Part shown: positions 16,868-26,125 of the stretch, piece after piece
Layout of the letters: each line of letters starts with the position of its first letter
How positions within the stretch are numbered: position 1 is the stretch's first letter
Virus record (IMG/VR): IMGVR_UViG_3300044630_004883
DNA from: an uncultured virus (IMG/VR IMGVR_UViG_3300044630_004883)
Taxonomy: Duplodnaviria > Heunggongvirae > Uroviricota > Caudoviricetes
Length of the DNA stretch: 64,000 bases
Strand: one strand, 5' to 3'
Translations under genes and position numbers: made by a program
The notes under the pieces: model-generated
The model's input: only the letters and a program-made list of their open reading frames with translations
What the model was told of the DNA's origin: nothing
Database searches by the model: none

Positions 16868-17263
16868 TTATTTAAATTCTATAACCTCAAATACTCTAGT
16901 TTGTATTCGTTTTGTACCATCTGTATTGGTAAGTATTATTGAGTTCTTAAATTTGGCCCAATCCAACATAAATTTGTTATCCAATACTCCATTATTTTCT
17001 TCTTTCACCAATTGGTTTAAAGCATTAATTGTGTATAAGGTATTTGATTCTTTTTTTCTATGAATAAGAATTGTATCCTCTAATGGATATGTTGGTTTAT
17101 ATTCGGTATTGATATTGTACGTTATGTACAATTCGGATAAATCAGTTTTGTTCTGTAAAATATAAATATAATTATAGACAATAACGTATGTCTCTCTTAT
17201 ATTTTGTAGAGTTTGTTGTAATCCATCTTTCGTTGTAAATGTACACAATAATTGTGTTTTCAT
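16868..17263 (-). CDS. Hypothetical phage protein
   Basis: 131-aa ORF (MKTQLLCTFT...HRKKESNTLYTINALN) preceded by an ATATTTAT box. Confidence 0.7.
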   Translation of the reverse strand: MKTQLLCTFTTKDGLQQTLQNIRETYVIVYNYIYILQNKTDLSELYITYNINTEYKPTYPLEDTILIHRKKESNTLYTINALNQLVKEENNGVLDNKFMLDWAKFKNSIILTNTDGTKRIQTRVFEVIEFK

Positions 17264-17332
17264 ATATTAGTTTTTATTATAAAGGGGGTTATTAATCCCA
17301 TATAAATATAAAATTAAATTTCAAAGGTTATT

Positions 17333-19342
17333 TTATGATTTGTAAACTTCATCATTTGCTGTTTTCAATACTTTAGCAAATCGTTTATCCAATGTCATTT
17401 CAAATTTAATCTGTCCACCATACCCAACACCATCTTCTCTAACTTTAATTTCAGCCAATGGAATTATCTTTCCACCCACTTCAGCTTGATATCCTAAAAA
17501 TGGAGGAGGACCTGTTTCAGCACTCAACTTTTCTTTTATCATATCGTAATCAGATGTTCCAAATATGTTTTTCATAATAGCTTTATCTAATGAATTTGAA
17601 CCAATTGCCATAGATTCTTCACCATCAGAAACAGCTTTGAGTGGAAATTCAGAACGAATCTCATTTAACATACCTTCTTTCATTTTTGGATTTTCCGTAA
17701 TTGCCTTTATTGCATTTGATTGGAATTCTTTATGGATTTTATCATTTTCCATAATATATTGTTTAGCTATATCATTTCCACCATCTGCTAATGTTTTAAT
17801 ACTTGCTAATATCACTTTAGATTTAGCTCTACTTCCTTTACCTTTAATAAGGTCATTTAATGCATCTGCAAATGTAGTTCCCTTTTCATCAAATATAGTT
17901 TTTAACTTTACAGACTCATCTGAACCACTAGCTAATAATTTTTCAATTTCTGATTTTAGGTTTGTACCAGTTTCACTTAATCTAGCTCTTTGATTTTCTT
18001 TATAAACATTTTGGTTTATGTTATCTGGTAAATCAGAATCCCATTCCATAAATTTACCAGCACCAGAATTTAAAAAGTTTACTTCAGTTGATTTTTTCAA
18101 AGAAACCTCATCTAATATCTCATCACCATTTTCAGTTTTTATCTTAATATACATATCAGTTGAGAATCCTTTGTTTTTACCATAATCTGATAATCCCAAT
18201 GATTCAACATCATCTTTAGTATCCCAAGCAGTTGCAACTATTTTTGAGTTTGGGTATTCTTTTGTAATTCTATTTAAAATAGCCTGTCTATTATTTCTAG
18301 CGGATTGAATCCAACTCTTTGTTATAATACGACTTCCTTCAGTTTTTAATTTTGGATTGTTTTTTATTAACTCAGCCTCATGCGTTGATAATGAATCAGT
18401 AAATTCATTAAATTCATCAGCATTCATAGATGTACCCATCATCGTCATTAACTCACCGGCCTGTGCAGATATTTGGCCTTGTCCTCCAGGTAAATCACTA
18501 TAATGTGTCCATTTTGTACCATCTCCAGTTGGTTTTGTATTCATCATTCTTTCCAATGCAGTTAAATACTTTTTAGGAAATTTAGGATTTTCAATTAATG
18601 ATGCTGGTAACTTATATGGTTGAGGTGGAATCGGATTTGCTATTTTTTTATTTTTAATATCAAATTCCTCATCGCTTGGTTGAATACTTTTATTAAACTC
18701 CTCACTTTCAATTGAATTTATTTTAGTAAGTGTTTTATCTTTACCAGCTATTTCTCTCTTAGGAGATGCCATTTCTTTTTCAGCAGTATCCTTAGTTGGT
18801 TGATACGCAGGGTCATTAGGTGATAACCCAGCTCTATATGAATCACCACCCTGTCCAGCAAATACAGCAGGTTGTGGTGGTTCCGCTTCAGCAGGTGCTT
18901 CGCCAGCCTTTCCAGCTTCAACATCAGCTTTATCTTCCTTTTCTTTTTCTATATTTCTATTAGGTTGTCCTTCACCACCTAATTCATTATTTATTTTTTC
19001 TCTTTCAGGTGTTCCATCAGCAGGTAATGCTCTTTCAGCCGCTTCTCTACCAGGTTGGTCTTTAGCTAATCTAAGTAATGAACCAACTAAACCTTCTTTA
19101 TCCTTACCATCTCTATCTTTGTATTTAACGGTCTTATTAAGTGCGGGTGATGAATAGTGTTTCTCTTCACTAGCTTCAGTAAGATTTTGAATAAGTTCAT
19201 TTTTTATATGAGTATATCCCCACTCATCTAATATCTCAGATATAAGATAAATGTGTGATTGTTTACTCAATATAGGATAACCTTCATCGGAACGATAGGC
19301 TAACTCATGCAATAAGTCTAAAAGGAAGTCGTTTTTCTCCAT
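17333..19342 (-). CDS. Large hypothetical protein with possible PD-(D/E)xK-like nuclease region
   Basis: Likely start MEKND at 19342, after an ATATTTAT box. Charged linker, then AGEL...STDMYIK...DEVSLKK. Confidence 0.55.
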   Translation of the reverse strand: MEKNDFLLDLLHELAYRSDEGYPILSKQSHIYLISEILDEWGYTHIKNELIQNLTEASEEKHYSSPALNKTVKYKDRDGKDKEGLVGSLLRLAKDQPGREAAERALPADGTPEREKINNELGGEGQPNRNIEKEKEDKADVEAGKAGEAPAEAEPPQPAVFAGQGGDSYRAGLSPNDPAYQPTKDTAEKEMASPKREIAGKDKTLTKINSIESEEFNKSIQPSDEEFDIKNKKIANPIPPQPYKLPASLIENPKFPKKYLTALERMMNTKPTGDGTKWTHYSDLPGGQGQISAQAGELMTMMGTSMNADEFNEFTDSLSTHEAELIKNNPKLKTEGSRIITKSWIQSARNNRQAILNRITKEYPNSKIVATAWDTKDDVESLGLSDYGKNKGFSTDMYIKIKTENGDEILDEVSLKKSTEVNFLNSGAGKFMEWDSDLPDNINQNVYKENQRARLSETGTNLKSEIEKLLASGSDESVKLKTIFDEKGTTFADALNDLIKGKGSRAKSKVILASIKTLADGGNDIAKQYIMENDKIHKEFQSNAIKAITENPKMKEGMLNEIRSEFPLKAVSDGEESMAIGSNSLDKAIMKNIFGTSDYDMIKEKLSAETGPPPFLGYQAEVGGKIIPLAEIKVREDGVGYGGQIKFEMTLDKRFAKVLKTANDEVYKS

Positions 19343-19379
19343 AATTTCTGATTCTCTGAAACAATATTTTATATAAATA

Positions 19380-20645
19380 TTAAAGTTTCGAGTAATCAGT
19401 TCCCCAGCTAGCATTAATGGGGAATCCACCACCTTCAGCTATCTCTTTTAACTTTTTAGCTTGAGATACATCGGAATTAGCAGGATATGAAAATAAGAAT
19501 GAATCGTATGTGTATAGGGAAAGTTCTATATCGGTATCTTTGATAAATTCCAATATTTTAGCTACCCTTTCCATATTTAATTCGGTTTCGGTCGCTTGAA
19601 GTAGGTAGTTGAACAATTTTTGCGGATTGTTTCCTTCAATCCAATCTAAGGGGATTCTCCTATGTTGTGTTTGAAGATATCCAGCTTTGGTACTCTTATC
19701 CCACAACTTCTCAATGAACTCCTTAACACCCTTATAATAAGGTATTTGCTCAAACTCCTCAGGTATACCACCATATAGTAATTGGAACGTAATTCCTTTA
19801 CCCTCACCATACTCACAACCATATTGGTCAGCTAACCATTGGTGTACGGATGTTTTGGGTAATTCGTAACCAATCAACTTACCAATAATACGTGGATGAT
19901 ACGCATCATAATCCATTTGTAGGAATATGTGGTTTGGTTTTGGGATAAACACCTCTCTCGTACCATCGGATTTGTTTAGGGCAGAGAAGTTGATTCCACC
20001 AAATCGGTTGGATGGACGGGATGTAATGGTGTATGGGTTGTATTGGGTGTAAACGATATCGTTGTGTAAATGTTTAGAAGCTTGAGGCCATCTATCAAGA
20101 AATTTTTCCCTATCGACCCGAACACCAAAATGTTCTATATCTGAAAGAAGGGGAATCATCGAATCTCCAACCCAATCATTCTCTATACCAATAGTAAAAG
20201 TAGAAGATATCACTCTAAGATACTCACCCCATTTCATAATAGGTGCTATCTTGCCCAAATTATCTCGTATACCTCTTCGGGTATAGTGAGTTATAAATGG
20301 TTGGTCCTCAAAACCTATCGGATATAATTTATTGTGTTGAAAAAATGCATCAGATTGTAAATCATTTAGGTTTTGTAAACCCAAATTACATTGAAGTAAT
20401 CCCTTTTTGTTGATTACCCATTTTGCTTCCTTAGAAGTAGTCAAATCAATCGTAGGAGTCTTACAATCAATATGGTTAAATGGTACAATAAAGTCCTTAT
20501 CATCAAATCTAACATATAGAAATGATAATTTGTTATGTATAGGATGCTTTTCCAAATCAGACCATATTGGAATGATTATGGATGTCTTAGTATTCCATAA
20601 ATTTAAAAACTCCGTTACTTCAGTTTGTGACTCTACTATAACCAT
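19380..20645 (-). CDS. Miniature family A DNA polymerase-like protein
   Basis: TITSRPSN (TGRLSS equivalent), motif A MDYDAYHPR, motif B KGITFQLLYG, NYLLQATE, motif C YTYDSFLF. Only 421 aa. Confidence 0.85.
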   Translation of the reverse strand: MVIVESQTEVTEFLNLWNTKTSIIIPIWSDLEKHPIHNKLSFLYVRFDDKDFIVPFNHIDCKTPTIDLTTSKEAKWVINKKGLLQCNLGLQNLNDLQSDAFFQHNKLYPIGFEDQPFITHYTRRGIRDNLGKIAPIMKWGEYLRVISSTFTIGIENDWVGDSMIPLLSDIEHFGVRVDREKFLDRWPQASKHLHNDIVYTQYNPYTITSRPSNRFGGINFSALNKSDGTREVFIPKPNHIFLQMDYDAYHPRIIGKLIGYELPKTSVHQWLADQYGCEYGEGKGITFQLLYGGIPEEFEQIPYYKGVKEFIEKLWDKSTKAGYLQTQHRRIPLDWIEGNNPQKLFNYLLQATETELNMERVAKILEFIKDTDIELSLYTYDSFLFSYPANSDVSQAKKLKEIAEGGGFPINASWGTDYSKL

Positions 20646-20649
20646 CCTA

Positions 20650-20681
20650 CAAATATACGAAAATTATTTGAATTTACCAAA
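20650..20681 (-). promoter_or_regulatory. Bacteroidota-type promoter (TTTG-N20-TATATTTG) upstream of mini PolA
   Basis: Perfect consensus, ending 4 nt before the ATG. Confidence 0.8.
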
Positions 20682-21641
20682 TTTATTAGATATTTGTTTT
20701 ATTTTAAAGATATAATTTGAAAAATAGTGCTGATGTGCTGATGTTATACTACCTTCATTAAAATTTCCATCTAATTTAGGTAGATATATGTTGGATTGAA
20801 ATCCTTCAGTTCTTAAATAGTCAACTTTATCTCTGATATGGAATATATCGTTCCACAAATCAGTTCCATTTACTTTTAAACCAGTATCAGTTACCCTACC
20901 TTCATTATGTACTCTAGCATAAGTCAAAATTCGTTTTATTGAAGTGTGTGCTAATCCTAAATAATCTAAACTACCCATAACTTCCAAATCATCAACGAAA
21001 TTAGAAGTTACATCAAATTTATCGATTACTTTTAGTAAAGATGAGGTTCTCATTACATATGTGTGATAAATGCACATAATATTTGCTTTACTACAATGAA
21101 TTATAGATGTAAAATGCTTTGGTTCATCATAATAGTTAGTTGTCCAACTCCAAGGATGAGTCCAAGGGTGATTATTAGGAATTGTATATGCTGTCCATAA
21201 ATCTCTTGTCTTTGGGGCCTCTAATGGAGTTTGAGTTTGATTTATTTGTTGTAATGTAGTATTCTCAAAGAATACAGCTGAACCATATGAGAAATCTAAC
21301 TCAGTATGTTGTGTATATGTGTTTGATAAGTACTCTAATGTATCTTCTGCCAATAAATCATCATCATCCAATCGTACAATCAATTCACCATTAGCAAGTT
21401 TTACTCCAATTTTCCAAGAATTCTTAAATAAATCGTATGGAGTATTTGATGTGTGGTATAAAACATCATTTTTAGGATTTTGTGATTTAAAATCTTTATA
21501 AATGTTAAAATTAACATCAGATGCTGAATCATCAAAAATAATAACCTCCCAATTCGTATGAGATTGAAGTTGGACAGATGCCAATGCTTCTTTTAATAAA
21601 TCAGGTCGGTTGTATGTACGAACTATAACACTTATTTTCAC
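20664..21641 (-). CDS. Glycosyltransferase family 2
   Basis: ISVIVRTYNRPDLLKEALASV, EVIIFDDSAS, and GELIVRLDDDD (DxD). Confidence 0.9.
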   Translation of the reverse strand: MKISVIVRTYNRPDLLKEALASVQLQSHTNWEVIIFDDSASDVNFNIYKDFKSQNPKNDVLYHTSNTPYDLFKNSWKIGVKLANGELIVRLDDDDLLAEDTLEYLSNTYTQHTELDFSYGSAVFFENTTLQQINQTQTPLEAPKTRDLWTAYTIPNNHPWTHPWSWTTNYYDEPKHFTSIIHCSKANIMCIYHTYVMRTSSLLKVIDKFDVTSNFVDDLEVMGSLDYLGLAHTSIKRILTYARVHNEGRVTDTGLKVNGTDLWNDIFHIRDKVDYLRTEGFQSNIYLPKLDGNFNEGSITSAHQHYFSNYIFKIKQISNKFGKFK

Positions 21642-21660
21642 TATTGCACAATTTTATATA

Positions 21661-21692
21661 CAAATATATGAAATTATTTTGAATTATCCAAA
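21661..21692 (-). promoter_or_regulatory. Bacteroidota-type promoter (TTTG-N20-TATATTTG) upstream of GT2
   Basis: Perfect consensus with a 20-nt spacer. Confidence 0.8.
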
Positions 21693-22045
21693 TTATATTT
21701 AATAAATTGTATAAGATTTGGTAAATATAGTGCTATCTTTGGTAATTTAAGTGATGTTAATTTAAGTGATGATGAATTTGAAGCTTTAATCTCTTCTTTA
21801 GTTCCTGTTAATCTCCAATCTAATGAAGCAACAGTATAAAAACTATTAGAAGCGTATTTCATCATAGCACTTTGTTTAACTTCATATATAGGTGAATCAA
21901 AATCATTTGCCTTTTGTAAAAAGTATCTGGTTATATACCCTTTTTTATAATCAAAATCACTTGGTTCCGGTAAATGCGTAACTACCCTTACCGGCCTATA
22001 CTCTAATGGTAATTTAATTATATTTTTATATCTATCCAAATTCAT
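21674..22045 (-). CDS. Hypothetical protein, last gene of baseplate operon
   Basis: 123 aa with PSDFDYKKGYITRYF, tightly coupled to the upstream gene. Confidence 0.65.
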   Translation of the reverse strand: MNLDRYKNIIKLPLEYRPVRVVTHLPEPSDFDYKKGYITRYFLQKANDFDSPIYEVKQSAMMKYASNSFYTVASLDWRLTGTKEEIKASNSSSLKLTSLKLPKIALYLPNLIQFIKYNLDNSK

Positions 22046-22048
22046 ATT

Positions 22049-24244
22049 TTATCGCTTTGGTCTATATCCACCAGTAACTTCAGTTGTCCATACCATACCT
22101 TCGATTGTATGCTTTACAGATAACACTTGGAAAAATCCACTATTATATGCAGATGGAATTCCATTTACTTTAAATTTATCACCCCTCTTAATACCACTTA
22201 TACCATGTATTGAAAATGAAAAATTAATCGGCATTAATGGAGCTGTTCCCTTTTCTTCGGTATTTTTTCCAGTTTTAAATGCTGAAAATATGGATGAGTC
22301 ATTAAATGCACCTAAATAACATATATCATATAAATCCAATCCATCTAATGTACTTTGCTCAGTATGTTCAACTTTAGGATAAAATGATAATTTACCTAAT
22401 ATTAAATTTAAATTAGCTTCTTTAGCATCTTCCGTATCCATTGTTGGAATTTTAGGAGGTGGGTCTTTCTTTTTCATTTTAACCTTTATCATATCCGTTT
22501 TACTACTAAATAAAGCTTTTGGTATATGTTTAGTATCCCCATTTAAACTCTGACCTAGTCTACTTCCTATAATTTGGTTCATTTTTGCTCCACTAATATC
22601 CAAATCAAGACTAGCTTCCATAAAAATAGAATCAGGACCAGTTAATTGAAATGTATATGGGGTAGATGGTGTACTATTTGTTATACAATTAGTTTCAAAT
22701 ACTCTTAATTCTGTAGTTGTTTCATTTACAGCATGCTCTACTAATTGGAAATCCCACATACCATTTACAGCAGATGATATTCCATTTAAAATTTGATAAA
22801 GTGCATCTTTAATAAAAAAGTTTTTAGTATCCATTACACCTTTTGCAAAATCAAAATTTATATACAAATCATGCAAATATCCCCACTCTTCTGGGTTTTT
22901 AGTAATAGTATCTGCACCATTTGTTTGTTTTTGATTTAATGGACCTGAGTTTGGAAATTCTACTACTCCACCAACCCTATTATCAGTAACAGTTGCAGCG
23001 CTGATTAATGCATTTATATTAGGTAATACATCTGAAATTCCTGCTAATTTCATAGCTGGTGTACTTTTATTTGGTATAAATAATTTAGTAGAATCAATAC
23101 TATACATATGTTTAAATGCAGAACATGCAGTATCTTTTGTATTTAATATAAACGAAATTATTTTAGAATCTTCACCATTTAAAGTATATCCCTCTACACC
23201 AATTGCATTAAATATTTCCATTAATGCACTAAATCTTATAAATTTTTGCTCAGATACAATTTTAGTTCCTTTTGGAAATGAAACTTTTTCACCACCAACA
23301 AGTAGTTTACTTTCAGCAAATGTAATACCAAATAAACTTTTACCATCAGTTGAATCATTAACCATCCCAGATACCTCTTCATCAAATCCTATAAAATTAT
23401 TTACATCAGATAAAGAATCTTGCAAAGCTTTTACATGAGCTGTTTGTCTTGTACCAGGAAGTGAATTATAACACTTCATCCATCTTTGTTTACCAAGAGC
23501 AGCTTCACCAGCAGTTTCTATATCATTTTCACCATAAATAGGTTCGCTTGCTAATGTACCTTCATCACCATCCTTTTGAACACCAGTTTCAGATGTAACT
23601 AAATACGATGGTAACTCTGTATATCCCGTACATTTGCCACTAATAATCCATTTATCACCATCTATACTAATACTTCCACCAGTATTAAATCCTAAGTAGT
23701 TATCGTATTCATAACCTCCCGTTTTTCTTTGTGCATCAGTTTTTTGAAATGATTGAAATGATGATACAGTTGCCGCATTTAATCCAACCAATCCACCAAC
23801 TCCAGCAGCAGTGTTCCAACCCCATTCAATGAATATGGAATAACCCGGTTCTAAGAAATATTTAGATAATTCCTCCATTTGCGATTTACTAAAACAAGTA
23901 ATTGAAAATGTTGCTTTTCTAGAAAGATTTCCTGCACCTTCATCAATTTCTAATGAAGTTACAATAGCAGCAGGTCTTTGAGGTCCACTACTACCACCAC
24001 CAACAGCAGATTTACCATCCCAACGAGTTCCAATAATACCAGATGAATTAGAGCTACCATAAATACCAGCAGCATCAAATAGTTTTACATTTGGATTTGA
24101 ATACATTGTTAAACCCGGACTTGCTCCAGATGTTAATCTAACCCACGCGTTTAAACCTGATACTTTAAATGAATTACCCTTTCTACCATCTAACTTGGAT
24201 GTAATTCCACTTTTTATTTGAGAGAAATTTGGAAATGTTGACAT
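22049..24244 (-). CDS. Putative baseplate hub protein
   Basis: Follows the LysM/tail-X gene. FLEPGYSIFIEWGW and C-terminal GISGIKRGDKF...FQVLSVKHTIEGMVWTTEV resemble gp27/gpD-like hubs. Confidence 0.6.
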   Translation of the reverse strand: MSTFPNFSQIKSGITSKLDGRKGNSFKVSGLNAWVRLTSGASPGLTMYSNPNVKLFDAAGIYGSSNSSGIIGTRWDGKSAVGGGSSGPQRPAAIVTSLEIDEGAGNLSRKATFSITCFSKSQMEELSKYFLEPGYSIFIEWGWNTAAGVGGLVGLNAATVSSFQSFQKTDAQRKTGGYEYDNYLGFNTGGSISIDGDKWIISGKCTGYTELPSYLVTSETGVQKDGDEGTLASEPIYGENDIETAGEAALGKQRWMKCYNSLPGTRQTAHVKALQDSLSDVNNFIGFDEEVSGMVNDSTDGKSLFGITFAESKLLVGGEKVSFPKGTKIVSEQKFIRFSALMEIFNAIGVEGYTLNGEDSKIISFILNTKDTACSAFKHMYSIDSTKLFIPNKSTPAMKLAGISDVLPNINALISAATVTDNRVGGVVEFPNSGPLNQKQTNGADTITKNPEEWGYLHDLYINFDFAKGVMDTKNFFIKDALYQILNGISSAVNGMWDFQLVEHAVNETTTELRVFETNCITNSTPSTPYTFQLTGPDSIFMEASLDLDISGAKMNQIIGSRLGQSLNGDTKHIPKALFSSKTDMIKVKMKKKDPPPKIPTMDTEDAKEANLNLILGKLSFYPKVEHTEQSTLDGLDLYDICYLGAFNDSSIFSAFKTGKNTEEKGTAPLMPINFSFSIHGISGIKRGDKFKVNGIPSAYNSGFFQVLSVKHTIEGMVWTTEVTGGYRPKR

Positions 24245-24247
24245 AAC

Positions 24248-24538
24248 TTATTGATTAAAATTGTTGCTTATCTCTATATAATTTGTAGGTATTCTTAATA
24301 CAGTTCCATCTTGAATTCCAAATGGTGCATCATGTATATTATTAGCAGATGCAATTATCCACCAAAGTGATGCATCTTCATAGTATTGATATGCTAGAGT
24401 ATCAAATCTATCATCTGATTCAGTAACTACATAGATATCAGTATCACTTAATGGAATATCAGGGTATATCTTTGAACGATATACTCGTCTACCATCATTA
24501 GTATTTCTGATTTCTGTATTTTCGTATCTACTTGCCAT
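24248..24538 (-). CDS. LysM/tail-X-like baseplate protein
   Basis: DRFDTLAYQYYEDASLWWIIASANNI...GTVLRIP. Confidence 0.85.
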   Translation of the reverse strand: MASRYENTEIRNTNDGRRVYRSKIYPDIPLSDTDIYVVTESDDRFDTLAYQYYEDASLWWIIASANNIHDAPFGIQDGTVLRIPTNYIEISNNFNQ

Positions 24539-24549
24539 ATACTTTTATT

Positions 24550-26124
24550 TTATTTATATGCATATTTTGATTTGTTATAAGTTGTTGATTTACTTTCAAT
24601 TAGTGTCATACTAATAGCAACATCAACTATCATTGGCAATACCATACCTTTTTTAATTTCCCAAGGATAATTATCATCAATTGTATATGATAATGAATCT
24701 ATAAATGCCTCTTTACCTTTATATAAGTTACCCACTGTAAAATACATTAAAGGTGGTGTAACAGATAACCCAGAATATGCAGTTGGATAAGTCATACCAG
24801 TCAACGCATCTAATTTTTTCCAAGCAATTGTATGTTCAGCTTCATTTAAAGAAAATACTTTAAAATTAAAACTAACACTACGTTCAATTCCAGTATATGT
24901 ATAATAATTAAATGGTGAACCTATAAATTTATTAGAATCCCAACTTGGTGACATTGTTTCAGTTAATGCGGTAATTGTACCTCTAAATTGAACAAGCTTT
25001 TTATCAGCTACTGATTGAAATCTTAAAGCAACAAAATCAGCATCTTCATTTTTTGCATTTACATCCAATTCATTTATTATATCCCTATTGGTGTACATAC
25101 CACGCTTATCAGTTTCTAAAAATGTAGTCTTATCCCACTTAGATTGTTTTTTAGATTCTGAGAATTTTTTTATTTTATCAGGTTCTTTTGAGAATATAAT
25201 TGGTTTGAATTCTAATTCCTGCTTATATGATAAATCATTTCTATCTTTAGGTGTATCTCCTTCTGGAAATATTGTTTTAGTATAAGATGCACCTTTTGCA
25301 TCAAGCTGTCCATTTTCAGGTTTAGTTGATGGAGTTGCATCTTTATCAAATCCATAATTAGTTGAAACAACTCCAAAAAAATCAGTACTGGTTTTAGTAA
25401 ATCCAGTAACACTACCCTTTACAATTACAGTTCCTTCTGTTTTTAATCCAGTACGTTCCGAACCTCCAAATAGTTTATTTCTAAGCGCATCTTTACCAAG
25501 TTTTATAGCGGCTCCTAATGCTTGTTTACCAATAGTTTTTAAATTACCACCACCTAAACCTTTTAGTAACTTACCTAATAATGAACCTTCGGCTGATTTT
25601 TTAATTGCAGCTAAATCATTCATTCTATCTTGAACCAATCCTAAATTTATTTTTTCAGTACCAAGCGTTCCACCTGCCATCAATTTACCAACTACATAAG
25701 TTGGAGTTGCTCCTATTGGAATACCTAATTTAGAATTTACACTATCTCTTAATTTTGAAACCTTTCCACCAATCTTACCGCTATCACTCAATTCACCCGA
25801 TGTAGCTGATTTCATAGCATCCAACATTGGTGTAGTTCTTAGTGTAATTCTCGTTAGTTCATTACCATATATTACAGGTGTTGATAATCCTCTGATTATA
25901 CGAACTCCTGTCAACTCTTCTTCTAATAAAGTTTCACTTCTTCTTACACCAATTACTTTTCTTAATAATCTTGCAGCTGCAAATCCAGTATTATTTACTA
26001 ATAAATCAGTAGTAGATATCCTAATATCTTTACTATTTCGTACATCATAAGCAACGGCAGCAGTTTTACCATCCTGAGATGCTAATTGTTTACTTTTAAA
26101 TAATTCTTCTAATGTTTGTGCCAT
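24550..26124 (-). CDS. Putative baseplate/tail-tube initiator protein
   Basis: C-terminal FRGTITALTETMSPSW...YTYTGIERSVSFNFKV...PPLMYFTVGNLY tube-like domain. Directly follows the tape measure gene. Confidence 0.6.
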   Translation of the reverse strand: MAQTLEELFKSKQLASQDGKTAAVAYDVRNSKDIRISTTDLLVNNTGFAAARLLRKVIGVRRSETLLEEELTGVRIIRGLSTPVIYGNELTRITLRTTPMLDAMKSATSGELSDSGKIGGKVSKLRDSVNSKLGIPIGATPTYVVGKLMAGGTLGTEKINLGLVQDRMNDLAAIKKSAEGSLLGKLLKGLGGGNLKTIGKQALGAAIKLGKDALRNKLFGGSERTGLKTEGTVIVKGSVTGFTKTSTDFFGVVSTNYGFDKDATPSTKPENGQLDAKGASYTKTIFPEGDTPKDRNDLSYKQELEFKPIIFSKEPDKIKKFSESKKQSKWDKTTFLETDKRGMYTNRDIINELDVNAKNEDADFVALRFQSVADKKLVQFRGTITALTETMSPSWDSNKFIGSPFNYYTYTGIERSVSFNFKVFSLNEAEHTIAWKKLDALTGMTYPTAYSGLSVTPPLMYFTVGNLYKGKEAFIDSLSYTIDDNYPWEIKKGMVLPMIVDVAISMTLIESKSTTYNKSKYAYK

Positions 26125-26125
26125 A

